Below the pieces are notes generated by a model. The model was not told where the DNA came from. It did not search any database and saw only the letters and a program-made list of their open reading frames with translations. 42,283 nt of DNA from an uncultured Verrucomicrobiales bacterium (GTDB lineage Bacteria; Verrucomicrobiota; Verrucomicrobiia; Verrucomicrobiales; DEV007). The stretch is from positions 1 to 42,283 of the forward strand of contig CALKOM010000125.1 in NCBI GenBank assembly GCA_938091905.1. The letters are read 5' to 3'. Both the position numbers and the translations under genes were made by a program. Positions 8,669 through 17,209 of this stretch are shown here, piece after piece (position 1 is the first letter of the stretch; each line of letters opens with the position of its first letter).

Positions 8669-9424
8669 ATGCCATCTTCAATCCGCCCAGGCACCCTCAT
8701 CATTCTTCTGATCCTTTGTGTCATCGTTGTCTGGCAACGGCGGACTATCCATGAGCTGCGACAGCATGACAACACTTTCACCACGTCGATGGCTCCAGAT
8801 CCACAAGAAACACGACCGGCAACGCCTTCTATCGCTTCACTGCCGGCTCCTACACCTACCAAAGAACACCCTCCCTCCGAGTCCGACCAAGCCTTACGGG
8901 AGCGCATCGCAGATCTCGAATCTCAGCTAGCCGAGTTTACCAAGCCGCTTCAATCAAATATCCGCAGCGCCACTGTCGACACCGAAGTACTCGCTGACGA
9001 AACCCTCATCACCGGCGGCTACAAGACGCCCGATGGAAACACCCACTTCCTCTTCCTTCGACCCGAGCAAGCGGTCCTGGACGATGGTCGAGTGGCCGTG
9101 AAGCTTTCTGGCACAGTCATTGGCCTATCCGAAGAACACCTCAAAGGCTCGGCTGTTGAAGGCTTGGCCACCACTGCTTCTAATACCATACAGCATGGTG
9201 AAGCGTGGCAGAACACTGAGGCTGAAAGCACCCTCGACGATCTTCGAGAATCGAGCACTGTCAGCATGCCTTCAGTGATCACGCTACCTGGACAAGCCGC
9301 TCAAATCAATGTCCAAGACGGACTGCAATACAAAGTCACCCCTGAGTTTCTCGAAAACGGCAAAGACTTCCGAATTCGTCTCCGCATGGAACATCCTAGC
9401 GAAGCGACCGAAACCAATAAATGA
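8669..9424 (+). CDS. Membrane-anchored hypothetical protein with a secretin-like C-terminal motif
   Basis: N-terminal TM, Pro-rich linker, short coiled coil, SMPSVITLPGQAAQINV...VTPE resembling the secretin 'P-x-V-x-T-x-x-G-x-x-A-x-I-x-V' segment; SD-like AAGGA upstream. Confidence 0.6.
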   Translation: MPSSIRPGTLIILLILCVIVVWQRRTIHELRQHDNTFTTSMAPDPQETRPATPSIASLPAPTPTKEHPPSESDQALRERIADLESQLAEFTKPLQSNIRSATVDTEVLADETLITGGYKTPDGNTHFLFLRPEQAVLDDGRVAVKLSGTVIGLSEEHLKGSAVEGLATTASNTIQHGEAWQNTEAESTLDDLRESSTVSMPSVITLPGQAAQINVQDGLQYKVTPEFLENGKDFRIRLRMEHPSEATETNK

Positions 9425-9439
9425 AACAACGCACTCGCT

Positions 9440-10111
9440 ATGCCAAATCCATCAAACCATCAGGCTCTTGAGACTTACCAGGCCCCAAATCATGGCGATC
9501 TCCTAGCACGTTCTACCGAGCTTCTGCAACAATCCAGGCGTCGACGATCAATCCGCAAGTTTTCAGACCGGTCCGTGCCCCGCGAAGTTGTTCAGAATTG
9601 CCTCGAGATAGCAGGCACCGCTCCAAGCGGTGCCAATCAACAACCCTGGTACTTTGCTGCCATTCAAGATCCCGAAACCAAGTCGGCAATCAGAACCGCA
9701 GCAGAAGCAGAGGAACAGACCTTCTATGAATCGAGAGCACCTCAGGATTGGTTAGACGCCCTAGCTCCGCTCGGCACGAACGCTGAGAAACCCTTCTTGG
9801 AAGTCGCCCCATGGTTGATCGTCGTCTTCTCTCAACCATGGTCACAAGTAGACGGGCATGAACAGCAGAAACACTACTACGCGCGAGAGTCCGTCGGCAT
9901 CGCTACGGGCTTGCTGATTCAAGCTATCCACCACGCCGGACTTGCCAGCCTAACACACACGCCTAGCCCCATGGGATTTCTAAACACTTTGCTAGACCGC
10001 CCCAGTCACGAGAAGCCCTTTCTCATCCTGGTCGTAGGCTATCCCGCAGATGACGCCACCGTCCCAAAGATCACCAAAAAATCGCTCTGCGAAATCGCGA
10101 GCTTCCATTGA
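9440..10111 (+). CDS. Nitroreductase-family flavoprotein, iodotyrosine deiodinase (IYD)-like
   Basis: [39 protein letters not shown]...[30 protein letters not shown] are characteristic of the IYD subgroup. Confidence 0.85.
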   Translation: MPNPSNHQALETYQAPNHGDLLARSTELLQQSRRRRSIRKFSDRSVPREVVQNCLEIAGTAPSGANQQPWYFAAIQDPETKSAIRTAAEAEEQTFYESRAPQDWLDALAPLGTNAEKPFLEVAPWLIVVFSQPWSQVDGHEQQKHYYARESVGIATGLLIQAIHHAGLASLTHTPSPMGFLNTLLDRPSHEKPFLILVVGYPADDATVPKITKKSLCEIASFH

Positions 10112-10128
10112 ATGTCTCGCCTCAATAG

Positions 10129-10149
10129 ATTCCCACAAATACTGGGAAT
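10129..10149. other. Short inverted repeat between the IYD-like gene and the selenoprotein gene
   Basis: ATTCCCA-CAAATAC-TGGGAAT; a TTGACT-N17-CACAGT promoter-like element follows at about 10160-10188. Confidence 0.35.
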
Positions 10150-10200
10150 AAGTGACGCTTTGACTTCGTCGAATGCCATAGCCACAGTCATCAGACACCC

Positions 10201-10710
10201 ATGAACAAACTCTTTACCACTAGCATCATCGGCCTCGCTCTGGCCCTGACTTCCATCACCGGAAATGCAGATTCCAAAGCCAGAGGAAAGGTTGCCAGCG
10301 CAGTAGCGGGGAAACTCGTCAAAGCCGAAGGCAAGAACGTCAAAGCCTACAGCCTGAAAGGTTCCCCAAAGTACTACGTCCTTTATTACTCCGCCACTTG
10401 GTGAGGCGCCTGTAAAGCAGTGACCCCACAGTTAGTGGAGGCGTATGCCCAACGCACCAGTGGAAACGTGGAATATATTCTCATGAATTACGATGACAGC
10501 CAAAAGGCCATGGATAAGTACCTCGTGAAGAGCAAGATCAACTTTCCAGGCCTCAAGATTGCGGATCGCGACGCCAACTACCTCACCACAGTCTTCCCGG
10601 CCGAAGGATTTCCATCACTCGTTATTATCGACGCCAATGGCAAAGTGCTCAGTTCAGGAACTGGGCCGAAAGTTTCCAAAGTCTTAGCCAAGGTGAAGAA
10701 GCTCAAGTAA
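10201..10710 (+). CDS. Exported thioredoxin-fold (TlpA/nucleoredoxin-like) selenoprotein, UxxC motif, 169 aa
   Basis: ORFs 10201-10404 and 10420-10710 are in the same frame and join across TGA 10402-10404 as YVLYYSATW-U-GAC-KAVTPQL, matching YFSAxWCxxC; cis-Pro motif GFPSLVIIDANGKV; signal peptide. Confidence 0.85.
10406..10444 (+). promoter_or_regulatory. Putative bacterial SECIS element
   Basis: Lower stem GCGCCT(10406-11)/AGGCGT(10439-44); apical stem CCAC/GTGG closing the loop AGTTA (10430-34), with G at loop position 2 and 25 nt between the UGA and the loop. Confidence 0.6.
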
Positions 10711-10740
10711 CGATTCCTTCTAACATCTTCTCGTTCTCTT

Positions 10741-10772
10741 ATGGCCCTACCAGGATCGCCCGGTAGGGCCAT
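10741..10772 (+). terminator. 11-bp perfect stem-loop after the selenoprotein gene
   Basis: ATGGCCCTACC-N10-GGTAGGGCCAT. Confidence 0.6.
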
Positions 10773-10862
10773 TCTACGTACCGCCATTGGGCCTATTCCA
10801 ATCTATCGGAGCGACTTCTGCTTGTCATCGGACCACCCGTCGAGGAAGCTGTCGTCGTCGAG

Positions 10863-11834
10863 ATGGTCTCCTCCCCACCATACCGCTCTCTTCTGCGTCG
10901 CTTGCTAGGCATCATCGTCGTTACATGCAGTGCAATCCATTCGACATCGGCCAAGCCCCCCGACACTACGGAGATCACCCGACTGCAAGTCTTTCTGGAC
11001 AACCACCACTTCAGTCCAGGCTCCATCGATGGACAATATGGCACATTCACGAAGCGAGCGCTCGCCTACTACAATACCCAACAGCAACGCAAACCGTCTG
11101 ATTGGAGAACAGCCCATTCACTATCAGAACAGCAGGTTCCTATCGCCTTTGTCACCCATCAAATCACTCCAGAAGATCAGCGCTGGATCGGCACCGTGCC
11201 CAAAGATCTTGGCAACCAGGCCAAGTTGCGCGCTCTACCATACACCTCACTCGTTGAATACGTTGCCGAACGGTATCATGCGAATCAGCGTTTCTTACAG
11301 CGTCTGAATCCCCAGCTCGATCTCGACCGGCTAAAGTCCGGAGACCTCGTTGTCGTCCCCAACGTTAAGCATGTCTTCCGTATCGAAGCCATGCCCAGAT
11401 CCAAGCGGTATCGGGCCCATGCAAAACGGGTCGATTGCTATGCCTTTATAAATACCAAGCAACGCATGGCAGGTCTCTATCGTGGCACAAAGCTCGTTGC
11501 TGCCTTTCCAATTACCCATGGGCGAGCACAGTTCGTTCCACGAGGTGACTGGAAGATTCAGACCATGTTGACAACCCCGTCGTTCCGCTGGGACGAACGC
11601 ATGCTCAAGGAAGGCCAGCGAAGCGAATCCTTTCACTTGCTTCCACCCGGCCCAAACAATCCCGTAGGCATTCTCTGGGCAGGAATCAACAAGCCAGGCA
11701 TCGGCCTGCACGGAACAAACTCCCCAGAGACCATTGGCCGCGCTCACAGCGCCGGCTGCATTCGCTTCGCCAACTGGGATGCCATTCGACTCCCCAAGTT
11801 CCTCTGCCCAGGATCAGCCGTAATCGTGCGATGA
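10863..11834 (+). CDS. L,D-transpeptidase (ErfK/YbiS/YkuD family) with peptidoglycan-binding and LysM-like segments
   Basis: LQVFLD...PGSIDG, AERYH...LQRLNP, PPGPNNPVG, catalytic IGLHGT...SAGCIR. Confidence 0.92.
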   Translation: MVSSPPYRSLLRRLLGIIVVTCSAIHSTSAKPPDTTEITRLQVFLDNHHFSPGSIDGQYGTFTKRALAYYNTQQQRKPSDWRTAHSLSEQQVPIAFVTHQITPEDQRWIGTVPKDLGNQAKLRALPYTSLVEYVAERYHANQRFLQRLNPQLDLDRLKSGDLVVVPNVKHVFRIEAMPRSKRYRAHAKRVDCYAFINTKQRMAGLYRGTKLVAAFPITHGRAQFVPRGDWKIQTMLTTPSFRWDERMLKEGQRSESFHLLPPGPNNPVGILWAGINKPGIGLHGTNSPETIGRAHSAGCIRFANWDAIRLPKFLCPGSAVIVR

Positions 11835-12084
11835 TCTCACAAACGGTAGGCATTAGCGGCACCGGCCCTCAACCCGGACGAAGCTTTCAATTTGGCATCG
11901 CGGAAAGCATCCAAACTGCACAACCCAGAATCCAATAAAAAGAATCGGTCGCCTTATTCAAACCATGTGGCACGCACCTCAACGAACGGCCATCCGCCCC
12001 ACTTCGTGAGACAACTTTAAAAAACACCTACCCTCACTCCAAGGAAAGGTGTGACAGTGAAACCGCATCTCCCCGCAACAAATT

Positions 12085-12690
12085 CTAAACGTGGCGAAGT
12101 AAGCCGACCATCACTCCCTGGATGATCAATTCGCGAGCTGGAATCAGATCCGGATATCTAGAATTCTCCGCCTTAAGGAAAGGACGGCGGTTCTTGAAAA
12201 GGAAACGCTTCAGGGTCGTCTCTCCGTCAATAAGAGCAGCAACGATGTCCCGAGCACGAGGCTGCCGATGTTCTAAAATAACACAGTCCCCTTCAACAAT
12301 ATGGGCATCAATCATCGAATCTCCACGAACCTTCAATGCGAAGGCTTTGGCACTCGCCGAAATGCCCAAGGACTCAGTGTCGACCGAAATACAACGATCA
12401 TGAGGCGACTGCTCCAAGTCCTCCGCCATACCAGCGGCGATAGAACCCAATAGCGGTATATCAATAATCGGGCCGCGATCCAGTTCCTCGGTAAAACTCA
12501 CCGCTCGCGCTTTCCCTACTTGTCGCTGGATGACTCCTTTCCTCTCCAGAGCCCTCAAATGGCTGATAGCTGCAGTTTGGCTTGAGAATCCAAAGTGCTC
12601 CTGGATCTCACGCGTCGTCGGCATGATTCCCGTGCTGCTATGGGCTTCTTTAAGGAAATCGAAGAGTTGTTGTTGGCGCGCTGTTAGCAT
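12085..12690 (-). CDS. lexA: LexA SOS repressor
   Basis: MLTARQQ...PTTREIQEHFGFSS...HLRALERKG; cleavage site IAAG; VRGDSM (Ser) and TTLKR (Lys). Start ATG 12690. Confidence 0.95.
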   Translation of the reverse strand: MLTARQQQLFDFLKEAHSSTGIMPTTREIQEHFGFSSQTAAISHLRALERKGVIQRQVGKARAVSFTEELDRGPIIDIPLLGSIAAGMAEDLEQSPHDRCISVDTESLGISASAKAFALKVRGDSMIDAHIVEGDCVILEHRQPRARDIVAALIDGETTLKRFLFKNRRPFLKAENSRYPDLIPARELIIQGVMVGLLRHV

Positions 12691-12698
12691 CTGAACAC

Positions 12699-12712
12699 TG
12701 TTCTTCGGAACA
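12699..12712. promoter_or_regulatory. LexA box (Verrucomicrobia-type TGTTC-N4-GAACA)
   Basis: Perfect palindrome TGTTC-TTCG-GAACA 8 nt upstream of the lexA ATG; an extra GAACA half-site lies at 12693-12697. Confidence 0.9.
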
Positions 12713-12785
12713 CATAGCAAGCCTCAGCCGTATGCCAAGTAGAAATTAAACTTTATTCAGAGCTCCGGCGTAGCGAGCATGCCAC

Positions 12786-13442
12786 ATGAACTGGCAGCGC
12801 AGCGCTCTTCCCATCCTAAGCAGCATCATTCTCGCGAGCCCATGCCTTGCCGACGACCAAGCCATTTCTGAAGCCTGGCAAACCACCCGTCGCCAGCTAA
12901 GCGAGCAAGCGACCGTGGCCTTTGGAAAATCCGATTGGCAGGAGGCGCGTCAACTCTACAACAAGATCCTGGAGCACGAACCCGAGAACCCCATCATCTT
13001 GGCCAACCTTGGAGCGATCGAATACCAACTTGGGGACTACACCGCCAGCTGTTACTACCTGGAAAGCGCCCTCGCTAAAAAGGCCGATCTCATGTCCTCC
13101 CGTGAGATGTTAGGCATGGCCTATCATCTAAACAAGAAACCTCTACGCGCAGTAGCCACGTTAGCCACCGCTGTGGCTAACCAACCAGAATCTCCGCGCG
13201 CTCACAATCAACTTGCTGTCGTCCTGCAAGCGATGGCGTGGTACGACGGCGCTGAGAAATCCCTTCTCAAAGCAATTCAGCTAGACCCAGACTACCGCGA
13301 TGCCCATTTCAATCTCGCCCTCATCTACATCGATCGGAAGGCACCTTCATCGAAACTTGCGCGCAAACACTATGAAACCGCAGTTGAGTTAGGTGCCCCC
13401 CCTGACAAAGAACTTGAGGAACGCCTCAAGCGTTCGCCCTAA
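12786..13442 (+). CDS. Exported tetratricopeptide-repeat protein
   Basis: Signal peptide; several TPRs (ANLGAIEYQLG, AHNQLAVVL, AHFNLALIY). Confidence 0.88.
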   Translation: MNWQRSALPILSSIILASPCLADDQAISEAWQTTRRQLSEQATVAFGKSDWQEARQLYNKILEHEPENPIILANLGAIEYQLGDYTASCYYLESALAKKADLMSSREMLGMAYHLNKKPLRAVATLATAVANQPESPRAHNQLAVVLQAMAWYDGAEKSLLKAIQLDPDYRDAHFNLALIYIDRKAPSSKLARKHYETAVELGAPPDKELEERLKRSP

Positions 13443-14197
13443 AGGCGTTGCCAAAGGCTACCTTCCGCCATCGTCCATTGAAATTTGCGCGCGGTTTCAC
13501 GAATCAACATTGGAAGATTTTGCCGACGCTCCAGCTTGAAATGCGGTCTAAGAGATTTCTCCAACACCTCAATAGTCACTACGGGACGATCGCCATCGAC
13601 ATAGCCGCCTAACCAACGGTCACGTGGCGTGAATTCATCCAACCAAGTGTAGGGGCTTGTGATGACAAGCTGACCTCCAGAGCGAATAAGATCGGGCAGT
13701 CGCTCCAAACATCGAGTAGGCTCAGGAAGTCGACAGATCAAATTGGCCAGCAAAGCCATGTCAAACTGACCCACCTCTGTGGGGACATTCATGGCATCTC
13801 CCTGAATGAATTGGACCCGCTGAGGATGGGCCCCCTCTGGTAAATGAGCGACAAGTCGTGTCGTCATCGCGCCTTCATCTATACGGTCATAAGGCAATTG
13901 ACCTTCAGCAGCCAACGCCTGCGCTGCCTCAACAAACGCATGAGAGAAATCTATCCCGATCACCTCATGACACTTCTCTGACAACGTGAAGCTGGATCGC
14001 CCAACGGCACACCCAAGATCCAAAGCTCGGGAACGTGCAGGCAGCAAATCAAAGTCCACCATTTCCGTCACCGCCCGCACAGCAAAGTCCAGCGCACTGT
14101 GCGGTGCCTCGTCATAGGGAAGGATCTCGTCAGGCTTCCCGTAGTGGAAAAGTAAATACTGACTGATCAACCCAGGAGTCTCGTAAGGATTATTCAT
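13439..14197 (-). CDS. SAM-dependent methyltransferase resembling the OvoA C-terminal (mercaptohistidine N-methyltransferase) domain
   Basis: NPYET...SQYLLFHYG, RALDLGCAVGRSSF, GIDFS, FIQGDA, ANLICRL, SPYTWLDEFTP...WLGG, IRETARKFQ. Confidence 0.8.
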   Translation of the reverse strand: MNNPYETPGLISQYLLFHYGKPDEILPYDEAPHSALDFAVRAVTEMVDFDLLPARSRALDLGCAVGRSSFTLSEKCHEVIGIDFSHAFVEAAQALAAEGQLPYDRIDEGAMTTRLVAHLPEGAHPQRVQFIQGDAMNVPTEVGQFDMALLANLICRLPEPTRCLERLPDLIRSGGQLVITSPYTWLDEFTPRDRWLGGYVDGDRPVVTIEVLEKSLRPHFKLERRQNLPMLIRETARKFQWTMAEGSLWQRL

Positions 14198-14389
14198 GCG
14201 TTCAGACCTCTAGAGGACCGCAGACAAATACGCAAAGGCTTCTCCCGAGCCACAATCCAGAGAATCTGGCGCAATCACACGCCGCAGAAGCGAGAAGCCG
14301 ACGACAACTCATCTGATTCACTCCTTTTATTATATTTATCATATCAAATGGATTCTATTATGCTAAATTAATCTAAATTCCTGTCACAG

Positions 14390-15169
14390 ATGAACCGCAT
14401 CCTTATCCACGAAACCGACAGCCGCGAAGCTGTGCATCTCTCCCAGTTTCTCCAGTCTGCTGGTTTCGCCGTAGCTAGCGTGACCACAGCCCGTCAGGCC
14501 ACTAGCTTCGCTCGAGAATACGAATTCGAAATCTTCCTAATAAACCTGGCCGACCCGGATGAGACGGCTTACACCACCATTGCAGAGATCAAGTGTCGCC
14601 CTCAAAAGAACGACGTTGTTGTGATCGGATTCGTCCCGCAAGCCAGTGTTCGGGCTGCGGCCGAAGAAGCAGGATGCGACGCAGTTCTGGTAAGGCCGTT
14701 CAATAATGAGCATGTGTTAAGAAAGATCTCTGAACTGCTTGAGCAGTCTTCCAAGGCGATTAAGTTAGTTGAAACCGCCATGGAAACGACTACTCCCCAC
14801 TCTCAAAATTCGTACACTGCGCTTGCAGAATCTATCTGCGTTGGCGTCGAGTGGCTCAAAGTAAGAATGACCGAGCTGGGTGAACAAGGCCCTATCGCTA
14901 TCGAAAGCATGGAGGACGCAGCCGCCTCACTTCGCCTTCGCCTAGAACCAGAAAAGGTGACCCCGGGATACCATCTTCCTGACTCAGTCCGTGACCGTCA
15001 AGTCCGCCACGACTTTCGTAACCTACTAGCAGCCGTCAATGGCTTCGCAGAGATTCTTCTTCTTGAAGACTACATACCCCAGGACATCGAAGCGAAATTG
15101 CGGACCATCAAGAAAGAGTCTCGCGATTTTTGCAACATGCTAGACAGTATCCGTGAGTCAGCAGCTTAG
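14390..15169 (+). CDS. Atypical signalling protein: pseudo-receiver plus HisKA/DHp-like domain, no ATPase domain
   Basis: Receiver fold with IFLIN (Asn at the phospho-Asp position) and VRP (Arg for Lys); C-terminal VRHDFRNLLAAVNGFAEILL H-box. Confidence 0.7.
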   Translation: MNRILIHETDSREAVHLSQFLQSAGFAVASVTTARQATSFAREYEFEIFLINLADPDETAYTTIAEIKCRPQKNDVVVIGFVPQASVRAAAEEAGCDAVLVRPFNNEHVLRKISELLEQSSKAIKLVETAMETTTPHSQNSYTALAESICVGVEWLKVRMTELGEQGPIAIESMEDAAASLRLRLEPEKVTPGYHLPDSVRDRQVRHDFRNLLAAVNGFAEILLLEDYIPQDIEAKLRTIKKESRDFCNMLDSIRESAA

Positions 15170-15293
15170 GCATCAAAGACGCCTAGTAGCGTTCCTCCAT
15201 CACCATGGAGTAGGATGCCAATTCCACTATTCTTGGTTGGAGCAACCTAATCGCTTGAACCCAGTCACGTCGCGCAGAACATCCGAAGCTTTC

Positions 15294-15683
15294 ATGCCTC
15301 GTGTCGCTAAAGCGCTCATCGCACTCCTCTGCATCGTCTCCCTACTCGATCTTTCGTCAATAGGTCTACAAATGTACGCTTGGGCGAGAATGGCTGAGGA
15401 CAAGCCAACTGACATGGGCTGGGCTCAAGCGGTCGTCGATGCCATAGGCACTGATGATCCCTGCGAGATGTGCCTCTTCATCCAAAGCGAGCGCGGGAAT
15501 GGGCCAGACAGCAATCGGGCCTCTAGTGTTGAACAGTCGGTTCGCCACCCCATGAGCCTCGGCACTGGAGTTCGCGTCAAACGGGCAATCATCATCGGAG
15601 CATTGACCCATCTCCATCACGACGAGAGTCGTGACGCGCGGCAAGAACGCCCGCCAGTGCCGCCTCCTGAGCTGTTAGGTTGA
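15294..15683 (+). CDS. Small membrane/exported CxxC plus polyproline protein (DUF2946/CruR/CutF-like leader)
   Basis: ATG 15294 preferred; hydrophobic N-terminus, PCEMC, HLHHDE and C-terminal RPPVPPP; immediately upstream of an outer-membrane channel gene. Confidence 0.7.
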   Translation: MPRVAKALIALLCIVSLLDLSSIGLQMYAWARMAEDKPTDMGWAQAVVDAIGTDDPCEMCLFIQSERGNGPDSNRASSVEQSVRHPMSLGTGVRVKRAIIIGALTHLHHDESRDARQERPPVPPPELLG

Positions 15684-15742
15684 CTGCCCCTCAATTGCGC
15701 TAAGCCATCGTTGGACAGCGCACGCCGAACGACCTTCGAACC

Positions 15743-15771
15743 GAGATTACTAGCACGATGCTAGTAATCTC
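15743..15771 (+). promoter_or_regulatory. Perfect 13-bp hairpin between the leader ORF and the channel gene (attenuator/terminator-like)
   Basis: GAGATTACTAGCA-CGA-TGCTAGTAATCTC followed by TTCAATCGTTTTG; a second weaker hairpin TGCGCT...AGCGCA lies at 15696-15722. Confidence 0.7.
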
Positions 15772-15791
15772 TTCAATCGTTTTGTATATCT

Positions 15792-16853
15792 ATGTACTCT
15801 CTTACCAATTCAATCCTATCACTCTTTGTTCTAACCACATCCATCGCCTTCGCTGGCGAACCTCAGCCCCTCCAACTCACAAACGATCATCCAATCGATC
15901 TCTGGTCCTCTGCCCGCCCCGACGGGCATGCCCCAATCGGCGTGATGGGCGACCACGGTCATGGCAAGGGAGAGTGGATGCTGTCCTACCGCTACATGAA
16001 TATGCCCATGGAGCAAAACTACGACGGCAGTTCCCGCATCAGCGATTCAGAAATCCTCTCACCAACCGGCGGGAACTACCTTGTTGCCCCCCAATGGATG
16101 GACATGGAAATGCACATGTTCGGACTCATGATCAGCCCCATTGATCACCTCACGCTCATGCTAATGATCCCCTATGCTAGCAAAGAGATGGGGCACCTCC
16201 GCCGCGATGGCGTGGAGTTCCTTACGAAATCTGAAGGCTGGGGAGATCTTAAACTCTCAGGCATCTACGAACTCTATCACGGTCATCGAACGACCTGGCT
16301 TCTCAACCTCGGGCTCAGTCTCCCTACAGGCTCGACCAGCGAAGAAGATTTCATTCCAGGACCAGGCGAAACCCGTCTCCCCTATCCAATGCAAATCGGA
16401 TCTGGTACATGGGACCTACTACCCGGAATCACCTACCTCGGACAGGCCGACACATGGTCATGGGGAGCCCAACTGTCAGGAGTTATTCGCTTAGGCGAGA
16501 ACAACGAGGGCTACACGCTAGGAAACGTAGGCCAACTCACCGCTTGGGGAGCCTACAAGTGGAACGACCATGTGAGCACCTCGCTCCGCGTCACCGGCAA
16601 AGCCTGGGGGGACATTGACGGCAGAGACGAAGATCTTCGCCTCGCAACGAGTGTTGTTCCCACAGCAGACCCAAGACGACGTGGTGGCGAAGAAACCGAT
16701 CTCTCCCTCGGCATCAATGTGAAGATGCCAGGACGTTTCCTCAGTGGTCAAAGGCTCGCAGCCGAGATCGGTGTGCCGATCTACCGGTCACTTGATGGCC
16801 CTCAGTTGAGCACCGATTGGTTCTTCAACCTGGGGTGGCAATGGGCTTTCTAA
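15792..16853 (+). CDS. Outer-membrane beta-barrel channel ('transporter'/Phenol_MetA_deg-like) with Met/His-rich N-terminus
   Basis: Signal peptide; RPDGHAPIGVMGDHGHGKGEWMLSYRYMNMPM, MDMEMHM, GWGDL, GLSLPTGS, LPYPMQIGSGTWD; C-terminal WQWAF. Confidence 0.8.
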   Translation: MYSLTNSILSLFVLTTSIAFAGEPQPLQLTNDHPIDLWSSARPDGHAPIGVMGDHGHGKGEWMLSYRYMNMPMEQNYDGSSRISDSEILSPTGGNYLVAPQWMDMEMHMFGLMISPIDHLTLMLMIPYASKEMGHLRRDGVEFLTKSEGWGDLKLSGIYELYHGHRTTWLLNLGLSLPTGSTSEEDFIPGPGETRLPYPMQIGSGTWDLLPGITYLGQADTWSWGAQLSGVIRLGENNEGYTLGNVGQLTAWGAYKWNDHVSTSLRVTGKAWGDIDGRDEDLRLATSVVPTADPRRRGGEETDLSLGINVKMPGRFLSGQRLAAEIGVPIYRSLDGPQLSTDWFFNLGWQWAF

Positions 16854-16912
16854 CCTAGACATCCTCTCGCTGCGCTTGGTGAGAGTTATCTCCAAGCGCA
16901 GTGGGGGCACAC

Positions 16913-17146
16913 CTATCTAACCGGAGCAACGACAACGCTCACTCTCGTAGGACTGTCGGGGTCGTACGGATTATCCACAACCGACTCCGTCGGCGCCACG
17001 GAATTGCCATCTGCTTCTGTCAAAGCACCGATAGCCGTCCTCGGAAGCTGCAGAACTGTTCGAACTATGCTACCGGCAGCTGCACAGCCACTGAGGCAGG
17101 TCAGCGAGAACGCAGCAAACAAGAGGAGGATAGAACGTTTGATCAT
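16913..17146 (-). CDS. Small lipoprotein
   Basis: MIKRSILLLFAAFSLTCLSGC lipobox. Confidence 0.65.
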   Translation of the reverse strand: MIKRSILLLFAAFSLTCLSGCAAAGSIVRTVLQLPRTAIGALTEADGNSVAPTESVVDNPYDPDSPTRVSVVVAPVR

Positions 17147-17209
17147 AAACTAGGAGCGAACAGATAGATTGGTCGGTCAGCAAGCAGAAAGAGCTAATTT
17201 ATCAATCAC

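Noticed and set aside
10201..10710. Two separate small proteins, a pseudogene, or genome-wide UGA=Trp/Gly recoding
   Set aside because: The TGA falls precisely on the catalytic Cys and is followed by a SECIS-like hairpin; other genes in the window end normally at TGA.
11835..12084. Possible sRNA or small gene in the 250-bp gap between the L,D-transpeptidase gene and lexA
   Set aside because: No convincing ORF, tRNA fold or strong hairpin could be identified by eye.
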